DNA of 63,944 nucleotides, filler included, from Octopus bimaculoides (lineage: Eukaryota), in assembly GCF_001194135.2 (NCBI RefSeq). It is 4 parts of 4 records of this genome, joined end to end, with 100 filler letters (N's around TTAATTAATTAA, not from the genome) between each part and the next. Parts side by side here need not be neighbours in the genome. Positions count along the whole stretch, not along the records: positions 1 to 24,511 come from NC_069004.1; 3 more parts are not named here. One strand, given 5' to 3'. Below are positions 1-11,379 of this stretch, piece after piece. How positions within the stretch are numbered: position 1 is the first letter of the stretch; each line of letters opens with the position of its first letter. The notes beneath the pieces were generated by a model that saw nothing but the letters and a program-made list of their open reading frames with translations, was not told the DNA's origin and made no database searches. Both the position numbers and the translations under genes were made by a program.

Positions 1-6
1 CTCGTG

Positions 7-44
<38 letters not shown>

Positions 45-62
45 CATACATACATACATACA

Positions 63-260
63 TTTCTTTTATTAGCCACACAGGGCTCAACACAGATGGG
101 ACAAATACAATGTAGAGCTTTTCTTTTTGGGAGGGAAAAAAAGCGGGGAGGGGGTGTCGATCAAAAGGGAACGTAGGAAAGAAAAAAGGGGGGAGTTCGA
201 TCAAAAGGGATCGAAAAAAAAAGCGATGAATAGGGATCGTGCATCACAGTAATGTTCTCG
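63..260 (-). mobile_element. Short 5'-truncated non-LTR retroelement 3' tail (AATAAA followed by a (TATG/TATC)n tail), embedded in (GATA)n
   Basis: The minus strand ends ...ttgagccctgtgtggctAATAAAagaaatg followed by (tatg)(tatc)n. The first ~65 bp match a second copy at 24160. (GATA)n lies on both sides, and the window start (ctcgtgtagatag) resembles this copy's end (ctcgtatagatag). Family not assigned. Confidence 0.6.
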
Positions 261-261
261 T

Positions 262-335
<74 letters not shown>

Positions 336-1700
336 GTAGGTAGACATATATCGCCAAGATTTTTGAGTTAAGAGATTTCTCGGTATTTGTAAATATGTGG
401 TTTAGTTGGTGTTACTTGAACCGTCGAAGCATACAGCTAAGTATCTGCACCTCTTCGCATAAGAATCTCAGAGACAGAATTTATATAGATATATATATAT
501 ATATTTATTTATGTATGTATGTATGCATGTATGCATGTGGCAGTATGTCAAGCATTATATAACGTCAAGAAATGTGACTAGGGTGTTACGAAACACCTAC
601 ATTGCTAGAAATAAGAGCTAAGCGCTCTAATGCTGTAGTTAAAGCACATGAATGAAAATGTATACACTAACAGGAACCATAATCGTCCGAAAACTTCCTC
701 ATCAGTTAAGGTCGTTCGAGCGTTCGTCTCTTTCCTGATTTGCTTTGGCATTAGTCTCCGTCATTCAAATAATTGGATGATTTAGCGATTCGCTAAAGTG
801 TATGTATAAAATTGATATAAACAGCAGTCTGCAATGTTTCACCAAAAAGGAGAATTACAAATGTCACTAAATGTGTCTAGGGCCAATGACCCTTATATCC
901 ACAAACATAGCACAAGTCTATGCACTGACAGAGAAGTTAACCGGTGCACAGCATTCGTGGGTGTGTATGTATATATATATNNNNNNNNNNNNNNNNNNNN
1001 NNNNNNNNNNNNNNNNNNNNNNNNNNNNNNNNNNNNNNNNNNNNNNNNNNNNNNNNNNNNNNNNNNNNNNNNNNNNNNNNNNNNNNNNNNNNNNNNNNNN
1101 NNNNNNNNNNNNNNNNNNNNNNNNNNNNNNNNNNNNNNNNNNNNNNNNNNNNNNNNNNNNNNNNNNNNNNNNNNNNNNNNNNNNNNNNNNNNNNNNNNNN
1201 NNNNNNNNNNNNNNNNNNNNNNNNNNNNNNNNNNNNNNNNNNNNNNNNNNNNNNNNNNNNNNNNNNNNNNNNNNNNNNNNNNNNNNNNNNNNNNNNNNNN
1301 NNNNNNNNNNNNNNNNNNNNNNNNNNNNNNNNNNNNNNNNNNNNNNNNNNNNNNNNNNNNNNNNNNNNNNNNNNNNNNNNNNNNNNNNNNNNNNNNNNNN
1401 NNNNNNNNNNNNNNNNNNNNNNNNNNNNNNNNNNNNNNNNNNNNNNNNNNNNNNNNNNNNNNNNNNNNTGTGTGTGTGTGTGTGTGTGTGTGTGTAAACT
1501 TACAGCGAAACATCCACACACATCCCATATACGCACGGCACAGCATCAGCGAGGCAACCACTCTAAAGTCTTTACACTGTTTAAAACAATGTCCTAAGCT
1601 GTTTATACATTAAGTTATTGATTAGAGGGAAAAATAAAATCTAAGTATCGATTATTTAAGATACATGCATTAACAATCCGCTTTAATTAACTTTTTCCAG

Positions 1701-1838
1701 AAACTTCCTGTCCAGTGGCTAAAAGTGAGACGTGTATTAAACCTCAAACCAGGGACATTGGCAGAATGCTTCATGCTGAGCGGACCCCCATAAAGACATC
1801 CAAGGATCCAGAGATTATTAGCGTTAATCTGAGAGACG
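1701..1838 (+). CDS. Candidate internal coding exon (138 nt, phase 1-1), product unknown
   Basis: Acceptor ttaactttttccag and donor ACG|gtaata. Open frame (E)TSCPVAKSETCIKPQTRDIGRMLHAERTPIKTSKDPEIISVNLRD(G). No homology recognised. Confidence 0.3.
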
Positions 1839-2156
1839 GTAATATATAAAGCATTCCCTTCCTACGTCCTAAATTACTGTAGTGTTTGGAAAAACATTGA
1901 GAATGTGTATCATACATGATGCATGAACGCCAAGGAAGTATGTAAGACCAGAGATTAACCTTTTTGCCTGTCGTCATACGACGTCATACATAGGGCAGGC
2001 AAAGGGCTAAGTTCGGTTCTTATGAGCTCTAGGGCTCATGAGAGACTTGAGGAAGTCTTCCTAAAGTCTCCCTTACTGAATGATTTTTAAGGACTCGATA
2101 TTTTGATTGATTTTCCTGTATCTCTCCCTTTGTCTCGGTCGCTGTTTGTCTGTCTC

Positions 2157-2229
<73 letters not shown>

Positions 2230-2677
2230 NNNNNNNNNNNNNNNNNNNNNNNNNNNNNNNNNNNNNNNNNNNNNNNNNNNNNNNNNNNNNNNNNNNNNNN
2301 NNNNNNNNNNNNNNNNNNNNNNNNNNNNNNNNNNNNNNNNNNNNNNNNNNNNNNNNNNNNNNNNNNNNNNNNNNNNNNNNNNNNNNNNNNNNNNNNNNNN
2401 NNNNNNNNNNNNNNNNNNNNNNNNNNNNNNNNNNNNNNNNNNNNNNNNNNNNNNNNNNNNNNNNNNNNNNNNNNNNNNNNNNNNNNNNNNNNNNNNNNNN
2501 NNNNNNNNNNNNNNNNNNNNNNNNNNNNNNNNNNNNNNNNNNNNNNNNNNNNNNNNNNNNNNNNNNNNNNNNNNNNNNNNNNNNNNNNNNNNNNNNNNNN
2601 NNNNNNNNNNNNNNNNNNNNNNNNNNNNNNNTATATACATACACACATATATATCACGGTCTCTCTTTCTCTTTCTG

Positions 2678-2741
<64 letters not shown>

Positions 2742-2769
2742 CTATTACAATAATAATAGAAGTTGTGTA

Positions 2770-3130
2770 TGAAGGTGCGTGGTTAAATGATTAAGATATT
2801 CATCTCACGATTGTAAGGTTATAAGTTCGAGTCCCGGCGGCGCGTTGTGACCTTGAGCAAGACACTTTATTTCACGTCGCTCCATTCCACTCAGCTGGCA
2901 AAAATAAGTTGTAAACACCTAAAGCTCCACAACTTTCTCTCACTCTATCTTCCTGTTTCTGTTCTACCTGTATTTGAAAAGACCACCCTTGTCACTTTCT
3001 GTGTCACGCTGAATCTCCCAGGGAACTACGTTGAGGGTACACGTGACACGAGGAGTACTCAGCCACTTACACGTTAATGTCATCATCAGGCTCAACCGGA
3101 ACCCTCGTCGTCGTAACCGATGGAGTGTCA
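2770..3130 (+). mobile_element. tRNA-derived SINE, family C
   Basis: The tRNA-like head (ggttataagttcgagtccc...ccttgagcaagacactttatttcac) is shared with 14870-15185. The body is the reverse complement of 9690-9990. Confidence 0.75.
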
Positions 3131-3171
3131 GAAGCTACGTGTATATATAAATGGTGGTTGTTTCTACTCAC

Positions 3172-3258
3172 CTGTTTTCAGAACAACCAACAGCTGAATG
3201 ACCACTAGCCATAACGTTAATCCATCGTTCGCTTTCATGTTTCAGATTTTTCAGGAGA
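3172..3258 (-). CDS. Candidate first coding exon (CDS 3238 to 3172) encoding a signal-peptide-like N-terminus of an unidentified secreted or membrane protein
   Basis: Acceptor ttttgttttctttttctcctgtatttcaacag, 20 nt of UTR, ATG with A at -3, MKANDGLTLWLVVIQLLVVLKT, then a near-consensus phase-1 donor CAG|gtgagt. No downstream exon identified. Confidence 0.5.
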
Positions 3259-3344
3259 CTGTTGAAATACAGGAGAAAAAGAAAACAAAATTAGGAAGAA
3301 AGAAAAAATGCAAAAGACAAACAGAACATTAAACATGGTATCGT

Positions 3345-3470
3345 GGTTAAGAATTTGGCCTTGCAACTACGTGCTTTCCAATGCAGTACTATTGCGCTGC
3401 ACTTTAGGCCCGTGTCTTTTACTATTGCATTGTGAGTGAATTTGGTAGACAGAAACTGTGTGGCAACACG
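3345..3470 (+). mobile_element. SINE family B, degenerate 5' half running into microsatellite and gap
   Basis: gtggttaagaa...ttgtgagtgaatttggtagacagaaactg matches the family B head. Confidence 0.7.
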
Positions 3471-3489
3471 TCACACACACACACACAGA

Positions 3490-3523
<34 letters not shown>

Positions 3524-4505
3524 NNNNNNNNNNNNNNNNNNNNNNNNNNNNNNNNNNNNNNNNNNNNNNNNNNNNNNNNNNNNNNNNNNNNNNNNNNNNN
3601 NNNNNNNNNNNNNNNNNNNNNNNNNNNNNNNNNNNNNNNNNNNNNNNNNNNNNNNNNNNNNNNNNNNNNNNNNNNNNNNNNNNNNNNNNNNNNNNNNNNN
3701 NNNNNNNNNNNNNNNNNNNNNNNNNNNNNNNNNNNNNNNNNNNNNNNNNNNNNNNNNNNNNNNNNNNNNNNNNNNNNNNNNNNNNNNNNNNNNNNNNNNN
3801 NNNNNNNNNNNNNNNNNNNNNNNNNNNNNNNNNNNNNNNNNNNNNNNNNNNNNNNNNNNNNNNNNNNNNNNNNNNNNNNNNNNNNNNNNNNNNNNNNNNN
3901 NNNNNNNNNNNNNNNNNNNNNNNNNNNNNNNNNNNNNNNNNNNNNNNNNNNNNNNNNNNNNNNNNNNNNNNNNNNNNNNNNNNNNNNNNNNNNNNNNNNN
4001 NNNNNNNNNNNNNNNNNNNNNNNNNNNNNNNNNNNNNNNNNNNNNNNNNNNNNNNNNNNNNNNNNNNNNNNNNNNNNNNNNNNNNNNNNNNNNNNNNNNN
4101 NNNNNNNNNNNNNNNNNNNNNNNNNNNNNNNNNNNNNNNNNNNNNNNNNNNNNNNNNNNNNNNNNNNNNNNNNNNNNNNNNNNNNNNNNNNNNNNNNNNN
4201 NNNNNNNNNNNNNNNNNNNNNNNNNNNNNNNNNNNNNNNNNNNNNNNNNNNNNNNNNNNNNNNNNNNNNNNNNNNNNNNNNNNNNNNNNNNNNNNNNNNN
4301 NNNNNNNNNNNNNNNNNNNNNNNNNNNNNNNNNNNNNNNNNNNNNNNNNNNNNNNNNNNNNNNNNNNNNNNNNNNNNNNNNNNNNNNNNNNNNNNNNNNN
4401 NNNNNNNNNNNNNNNNNNNNNNNNNNNNNNNNNNNNNNNNNNNNNNNNTGTTCAATATAAAGGATCAAATATATAAATATATAAATATAAATATATATAT
4501 ATAAA

Positions 4506-4545
4506 GGCGACTCGAGTTTCAGGGCTATTTCCCTTCGTCATGGCC
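4506..4545 (-). ncRNA. Minimal type I hammerhead-ribozyme-like motif (Penelope type), variant core
   Basis: Minus strand: GGC-CATGACGA-AGGG aaatag CCCT-GAA-ACTCGAGT-C-GCC. This gives helix I GGC/GCC, a 4-bp helix II, a palindromic helix III and a GUC triplet. The core has an extra A after C3. Confidence 0.55.
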
Positions 4546-4594
4546 GGTATGACAGTCTTTAACAGACTGTGTATATATATATATATATATATAC

Positions 4595-4965
4595 GACATA
4601 CTTTTTTCAGTATTTGTCTACCAAATCCATTCACAAAGACTTTGGTCGGTCCGAGGCTATAATAGAAAACACTTGCCCAAGGTGTCACGCAGTGAGACTG
4701 AATCCGGGACCATGGTTGGAAAACATATGAACATATATATATATATATATATATATACACATCATTTACTTGTCTAAGTTCCCACCTCAGCTTGACTACT
4801 AATGCTGGTTTGTTTACGTCCCCTTAACTTAGCTGTTCGACATTAGAGGCCGATAGAATAAGTACCAGATTAAAAATTAAGAACTGGAATTCAATTTGTA
4901 CAAATAAACACTTCAACCAGGTGCCCCAGCAGGGCCGCAGGACAATGACTGAAACAAGCAAAAGA
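4595..4965. mobile_element. Two SINE family B pieces: head on minus (4595-4725) and tail on plus (4770-4965)
   Basis: Match to the full copy at 34253-34640 (ccaaatccattcacaaagactttggtcgg; tgtttacgtccccttaacttagc...gatagaataagtacc). Confidence 0.75.
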
Positions 4966-5218
4966 AGGAAAAGGAGAAACAGAAAACATCACGGTTATAT
5001 AAACATTATGCCACCATACTTTTCTGAGTTCAAATCCCGCCGAGGTCCACTTTGGCCGACACCCTTCCAGGGCCGATTTGTTTTATGCTTATCACGAATT
5101 GATGTAAGACAACCTGGATCAGTCGGCAATCAGTCGATGATTCTGCTTCGACCCTAAAAACGCGCCCCAGGGACCATCCACAATACTCAAAACAGCTTGG
5201 TGTTTTGAATGAAACCTA

Positions 5219-5360
5219 CGAAGGGCCTGCTGAAAAGTTCCTGGCTTTGGGTGAAAGAAATACAGGAGGATCAGTTAATTATTATTTTATTCAACATATT
5301 CCCCTCTCAGATTCACACACTTATTGCAGCGGTCCTTCAGTTTTTCTAAAAGAACTCGAA
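5219..5360 (-). mobile_element. Mariner-derived non-autonomous element end (TIR plus transposase 3' end)
   Basis: TA|cgaagggcctgctgaaaagttcctggc TIR, followed by the reverse complement of the ttattgcagcggtccttcagtttttcta segment also present at 8473-8650. Confidence 0.65.
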
Positions 5361-5370
5361 NNNNNNNNNN

Positions 5371-5760
5371 CGACATTTCGTCCGTCCCTACGTTCTGAGT
5401 TCAAATTCCGCCGAGGTCGATTTTGCCTTTCATCCTTTCGGGGTCAATTAAATAAGTACCAGTTGAGCACTGGCGTCACTGTAATTGAATTAACCCCTTC
5501 CTCGAACTTATTGGCTTTGTGCCAAAATTTGAAACCATTGTTATTACTATTATACAAGGCAGAGAGCTGGCAGAATCGTTCGCACATCGGACAAAGTGCT
5601 TCGCAGCATTTATACTAGAGCTTAAATTCCTCCGAGGTCATCTTTGCCTTTCATCCTTTCCGGGGTTCACAAAATAACTAGCAGTTGAGCTCTGAGGTCA
5701 ACGTAATCGACTAGCCCAGCTTCACTCGCCAGAAGCATATATTTCAGGCCTTGTGCATAT
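5371..5760 (+). mobile_element. Two tandem SINE family A copies (tRNA-derived, octopus OK/OR-like)
   Basis: Core gttcaaattccgccgaggtcga...gcctttcatcctttcggggtc...aagtaccagttgagcactgg occurs twice. Confidence 0.85.
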
Positions 5761-5824
5761 GATTAGAATATATGCACTAGGCCAGAAACATATATTTCAG
5801 GCCTAGTGCATATATTCTAATCAT
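5759..5824. repeat. Perfect 25-bp inverted repeat with a 16-nt loop at a SINE 3' end
   Basis: atgattagaatatatgcactaggcc (5759-5783) is the exact reverse complement of ggcctagtgcatatattctaatcat (5800-5824). Confidence 0.95.
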
Positions 5825-6415
5825 AAAGTAGATCTCCATCGAAATAATTTCATGAAGTGAGATTCCAGGTAGACCCCTTCACACTGTTCGTTATGTTGCT
5901 CACATCTACTTTATCAAACAAACACAGATTGTTTCAGAATGAGCACTCACTTCTGTCTCGCTGTAAATGGAGTGTTGAAATTCCGAGGCAAGAAGAAGAA
6001 TAACAAGTACACAGGATATTTTATTCATACAAACACAAACGTACATCTACACATGCACAAACGTGCAAAACAGCACGTACAGACAGAACATATATAAGCA
6101 CATGTCTATGTTTAGATATGTGAGCGTATGCACGCGCACACGTCTATGTGTGTATATGCCAGACGAACAAAATGTCTTGTGATCGGTATTGTACGGTAAG
6201 TCGAAGTCCATCACCAATCAAGTTTGTAAATCCATGGTTGCATGAACCCAGTTAGGATTGTATGTTTTTGCTGAACGATACATCAAATAGACAGAAATAA
6301 TGGGTTATATACATTATAGACTTACAGCTGTTTTGGATACTTATCAAGGTGTGTTCGTGGTTCGATTTTATCAATAGATCGATTGATCAACTGAAAATAT
6401 AGGGAATGACCCTCG

Positions 6416-6477
<62 letters not shown>

Positions 6478-6808
6478 CAGACAGACAGACAGACAAATAG
6501 ATAGATAGATAGATAGATAGGTACGCGCGCGCAGCACACACGCTCATATATACATACATTACATACAAATATGATTCTGTGAATTAATTTCAAACAGTTG
6601 AAAAACATATGGATGTACAGATGTATATATGTATGTATATATNNNNNNNNNNNNNNNNNNNNNNNNNNNNNNNNNNNNNNNNNNNNNNNNNNNNNNNNNN
6701 NNNNNNNNNNNNNNNNNNNNNNNNNNNNNNNNNNNNNNNNNNNNNNNNNNNNNNNNNNNNNNNNNNNNNNNNNNNNNNNNNNNGGCGTTCAATCATATAA
6801 TAATATGA

Positions 6809-6844
<36 letters not shown>

Positions 6845-7056
6845 GCATATATACATGCATACATGTATGCATATATACATACATGTACATACATACGCAT
6901 ATATATAGATAGATATAGATATATATACATATACATGTACATATGTATGTACGTATGTATGTATGTATATGTATATGTATATAAATTTGAAGGCAATGAA
7001 CAACAAAGAAAATGGACAATAAAAGACAGGAGTTTCAACGAAGTTGCATATATATA

Positions 7057-7102
<46 letters not shown>

Positions 7103-7376
7103 ACATACATATCCACACGTATATGTCTTATATATTAAACAAACGCGCGCACGCACATTCACACATGCTCACAAACTGTCCCACACAGTTATTGTATTGC
7201 ACAAAAGAATCGACATCTTCTAAATGGAGCCTTTCTCTCTCCGATGAAAAGTGTGATATTTAATATGTATTTACCATATGTATCCTTTGTTTTTCTATGT
7301 CCTTTTGTTTGCGTTACATACGTTGTGTGTGCGTGTGTGTGTGTGTGTGCGCGTGTGCATGCGCGCGTGCGCACAC

Positions 7377-7408
<32 letters not shown>

Positions 7409-8086
7409 TAGCTTATTAATGAGGATAGACAGATGAAATTATTCTGAACTAATGGAGATATTGTTACTTTTGTTTATGTATGTATTTATATATAGATATA
7501 AAACGTCTTTGAATTTTCCAAAGGAAAATTAGATGAAACACTAATTAAGTCCTTTTATTTTGTTTCTTGATTGTCTAGTAGAGCAGATTCAATGTTTTGA
7601 CTGCCTGATGTGATATTTATATAAAATATACCGTGATGACGGTAAATGAAATACATAGGAAGAAGGAAATATTTTTTGTACCTGTAAATAAGGCATAATA
7701 TTATGTGAGATGGTGTAAGAAGAGCATTGGTATGGACAAGGCACCATAATGTATATGTGCATACGTGCATTTGTGCGTGTGTGTGTGTGAGAGAGAGAGG
7801 TGGGGTGAGAGAGAGACTGGTAATTGATAGAGGTATAGAAGTTTGCTCTGAGATCACCATTTAGTGTCAGAATGGCAATAGAAAGACTTCTAGGATTCCA
7901 TTATGGTGAAAATTATTATTCCTTTAAACTTTGAAAAGGGCATTTCCATGCCAAAATATTTATTTTTAACTGTGTACAATTTATTGTAGAAGATAAAGTA
8001 TATAAAATGTAATAGAATATTTTGTCTGGTATTCTTATACTGCTTGCGTATATACATACATACATATATATATATATGTGTGTGTG

Positions 8087-8136
<50 letters not shown>

Positions 8137-8360
8137 NNNNNNNNNNNNNNNNNNNNNNNNNNNNNNNNNNNNNNNNNNNNNNNNNNNNNNNNNNNNNNNN
8201 NNNNNNNNNNNNNNNNNNNNNNNNNNNNNNNNNNNNNNNNNNNNNNNNNNNNNNNNNNNNNNNNNNNNNNNNNNNNNNNNNNNNNNNNNNNNNNNNNNNN
8301 NNNNNNNNNNNNNNNNNNNNNNNNNNNNNNNNNNNTATATATATATATGTATGTATGTAT

Positions 8361-8404
<44 letters not shown>

Positions 8405-8472
8405 ACAGTCCTATGATAACCAATACTATGCGCTTAGATATTATTTCAATTACACATTCTCATACATATATA

Positions 8473-8650
8473 CGAGGGGGTACTGGAAAGTTACTGACTT
8501 GAAGGGTAACGCAAAAGGCCTGTTTAGAGGCACAACCTTCTGAGTTTTTTTACAGGGCTTAGAAAAACTGAAGGACTGCTGCAATAAGTGTGTGAATCTG
8601 AGAGGGCAATATGTTGAATAAATCATAATTGACTGATCCTCCTGTATTTT
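8473..8650 (+). mobile_element. Mariner-derived non-autonomous element
   Basis: TA|cgagggggtactggaaagt TIR. The internal sequence translates as a mariner-like C-terminus, GLEKLKDCCNKCVNLRGQYVE*. Confidence 0.7.
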
Positions 8651-9329
8651 ATTTTATTTATAAAATTCGTTGGTCTGTTGACCCGCTTTGCCCGCTTGCT
8701 TTCTTTAGGTAGGTCAACTCAAACTCGAAAAGAATGACACTACACAAATACAATTTTATTATCTACGCTTTGAGATAACCTTTTCACAGGAAGAAGCTAG
8801 AAAAATTAAAGACGCGACATTTTTTCTAGCTCATGTCCTCAAATATTTTCTTTTAAAATTATTCTGATAAGATATTATTACTTTTAACCAAATTTGTTAA
8901 ACTCTTGACAATATCATTTCGTTTTCTTTATTTTTTTTTTCTTCTACTTTTTTCCTTTTGAGATAAAAAAAAAAACGACCAAGTAAAAATAAACAAACGA
9001 ACAAAGAAAACTATAGATAGCGTGAACCAATTTCAGACTACGAGCCTCGTATTGGTCGTTTTTACCTACTAGAAATAACATCAAATCTTCCTTGAACCAC
9101 ACTACCATACCATCTTAAACTACACTACATCTCAATGGAAGACTATGTTTCATAAAGCAAAAATGGTGAGATAGGCACGGTTGGAAAGTCTTTGATCATA
9201 CGTCTGCTCTATCAGAGTTTCTTGATAACACAACAACATTATTACCAACAATAACTACTAAAACTACCACCACTACTATTATTGCTGTTGGTGCTGTTTC
9301 TACTATTGGTTAGTCTACATCACTCTATA

Positions 9330-9990
9330 AGGAGAATAGGGCTGGTTTCCGGTTTCTCTGGCATATAAATATTCCTCCCTGGATGGCACGCCGGTCCGTC
9401 ACAGAATTACTCATTTCTGACAGCAAAGTAGACTGGAGCAACGTGAAATGAAGTGTTTTGCTCAAGAATACAACGCCTCGCCTTGTCCAGGAATCGAAAC
9501 CATAAACTTATGATCATGAGTGCAACACCCCAACCACAAATCCACGCGCCTCCTTACTACTACTACGACTACTACTACTACTACAAATACTACTACTACA
9601 AAACTGGGTGAGGAAACTTCACCGTCGTTATTCCATATGCGAGAAATACTTGCTACATATATATATTTGTCGTTGTTCACACTCCGTCGCTTACGACGTC
9701 GAGGGCTCCAGTTGATCCGATCAACGGAACAGCCTGCTCGTGAAATTAACGTGCAAGTGGCTGAGCACTCCACAGACACGTGTACCCTTAACGTAGTTCT
9801 CGGGATATTCAGCGTGACACAGTGTGACAAGGCTGACCCTTTGAATCACAGGCACAACAGAAACAGGAAGTAAGAGTGAGAGAAAGTTGTGGTGGAAGAG
9901 TACAGCAGGGTTCGCCACCATCCCCTACCGGAGCCTCGTGGAGCTTTTAGGTGTTTTCGCTCAATAAACACTCACAACGCCCGGTCTGGG
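9330..9990 (-). mobile_element. SINE family C pieces (9330-9530 and 9690-9990) separated by (ACT)n
   Basis: Reverse complements of the 2770-3130 head (ggagcaacgtgaaatgaagtgttttgctcaag) and body (gtggctgagcactcc...cacgtgtacccttaacgtagttc). Confidence 0.75.
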
Positions 9991-10389
9991 NNNNNNNNNN
10001 NNNNNNNNNNNNNNNNNNNNNNNNNNNNNNNNNNNNNNNNNNNNNNNNNNNNNNNNNNNNNNNNNNNNNNNNNNNNNNNNNNNNNNNNNNNNNNNNNNNN
10101 NNNNNNNNNNNNNNNNNNNNNNNNNNNNNNNNNNNNNNNNNNNNNNNNNNNNNNNNNNNNNNNNNNNNNNNNNNNNNNNNNNNNNNNNNNNNNNNNNNNN
10201 NNNNNNNNNNNNNNNNNNNNNNNNNNNNNNNNNNNNNNNNNNNNNNNNNNNNNNNNNNNNNNNNNNNNNNNNNNNNNNNNNNNNNNNNNNNNNNNNNNNN
10301 NNNNNNNNNNNNNNNNNNNNNNNNNNNNNNNNNNNNNNNNNNNNNNNNNNNNNNNNNNNNNNNNNNNNNNNNNNNNNNNNNNNNNNNCG

Positions 10390-10539
10390 ACACCAGGACT
10401 TATTCTTTATAAGCCTAGTACTTATTCTATCGGTCTCTTTTACCGAACCGCTAAGTTACGGGAACGTAAACACACCACCATCGGTTGTCAAACGATGTTG
10501 GGGAGACAAATACAGACACACAAACATATACACACCCAC

Positions 10540-10590
<51 letters not shown>

Positions 10591-10755
10591 TACGACAGGC
10601 TTCTTTCAGTTTTCGTCTACCAAATCCACTCACAAGGCTTTGGTCGGCCCGAGGCTATAGTAGAAGACACTTTCCCAAGATGCCACGCAGTGGGAATGAA
10701 CCCGGAACCATGTGGTAGGTGAGCAAGCTACTTACCACACATCCACTCCTACGCC
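10390..10755 (-). mobile_element. SINE family B, near full length with an internal (CA)/(AT)n tract
   Basis: Colinear with 34253-34640. Confidence 0.85.
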
Positions 10756-11143
10756 TATCACAATTATTTTAGATAAAGTAGTCTTCAATTCATTATGCTG
10801 CGAAAAAGAAGGGAGTTCACGACTGAAACAACTTTCAAGATAAGTCTAATCGATTAGAGTCGACCTTGAGCCAAACAACAACAACAACAACCATTACAGA
10901 TTCTTCTAACGCTAATGTTTATTAAACATATAATGTGTAATCAGACATTTAAATGTACTCCAGAACAATACAATCTATGCTAAATATTTAATAAACATTG
11001 ATCCATACATTAGGCGTTGGTGTTTCCTAAGCTTATCGGACTCATCAATGAACGAAAGGAAATTTCAAGTATACTCTCACTATTTATAACAAGTGAAGTT
11101 GCTGTAAGTTTCATGAGTAGTGATGAAACGGAGTCTTTTTCTT

Positions 11144-11188
<45 letters not shown>

Positions 11189-11265
11189 ACCCCTCTTTCT
11201 CATCCCACTTCTCTCTCTCACCCCNNNNNNNNNNNNNNNNNNNNNNNNNNNCCCCATATCACCCC

Positions 11266-11304
<39 letters not shown>

Positions 11305-11379
11305 TAAATCACCGAATGAAATTGACTGAAAAAAAATAAGCAAGTGAGGAGTACACACACACACGCACACACATATTTC

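Noticed and set aside
690-725. Hammerhead-like CTGATGA motif on the minus strand
   Set aside because: The GAAA half of the core is GGAC and helices I and III do not form convincingly.
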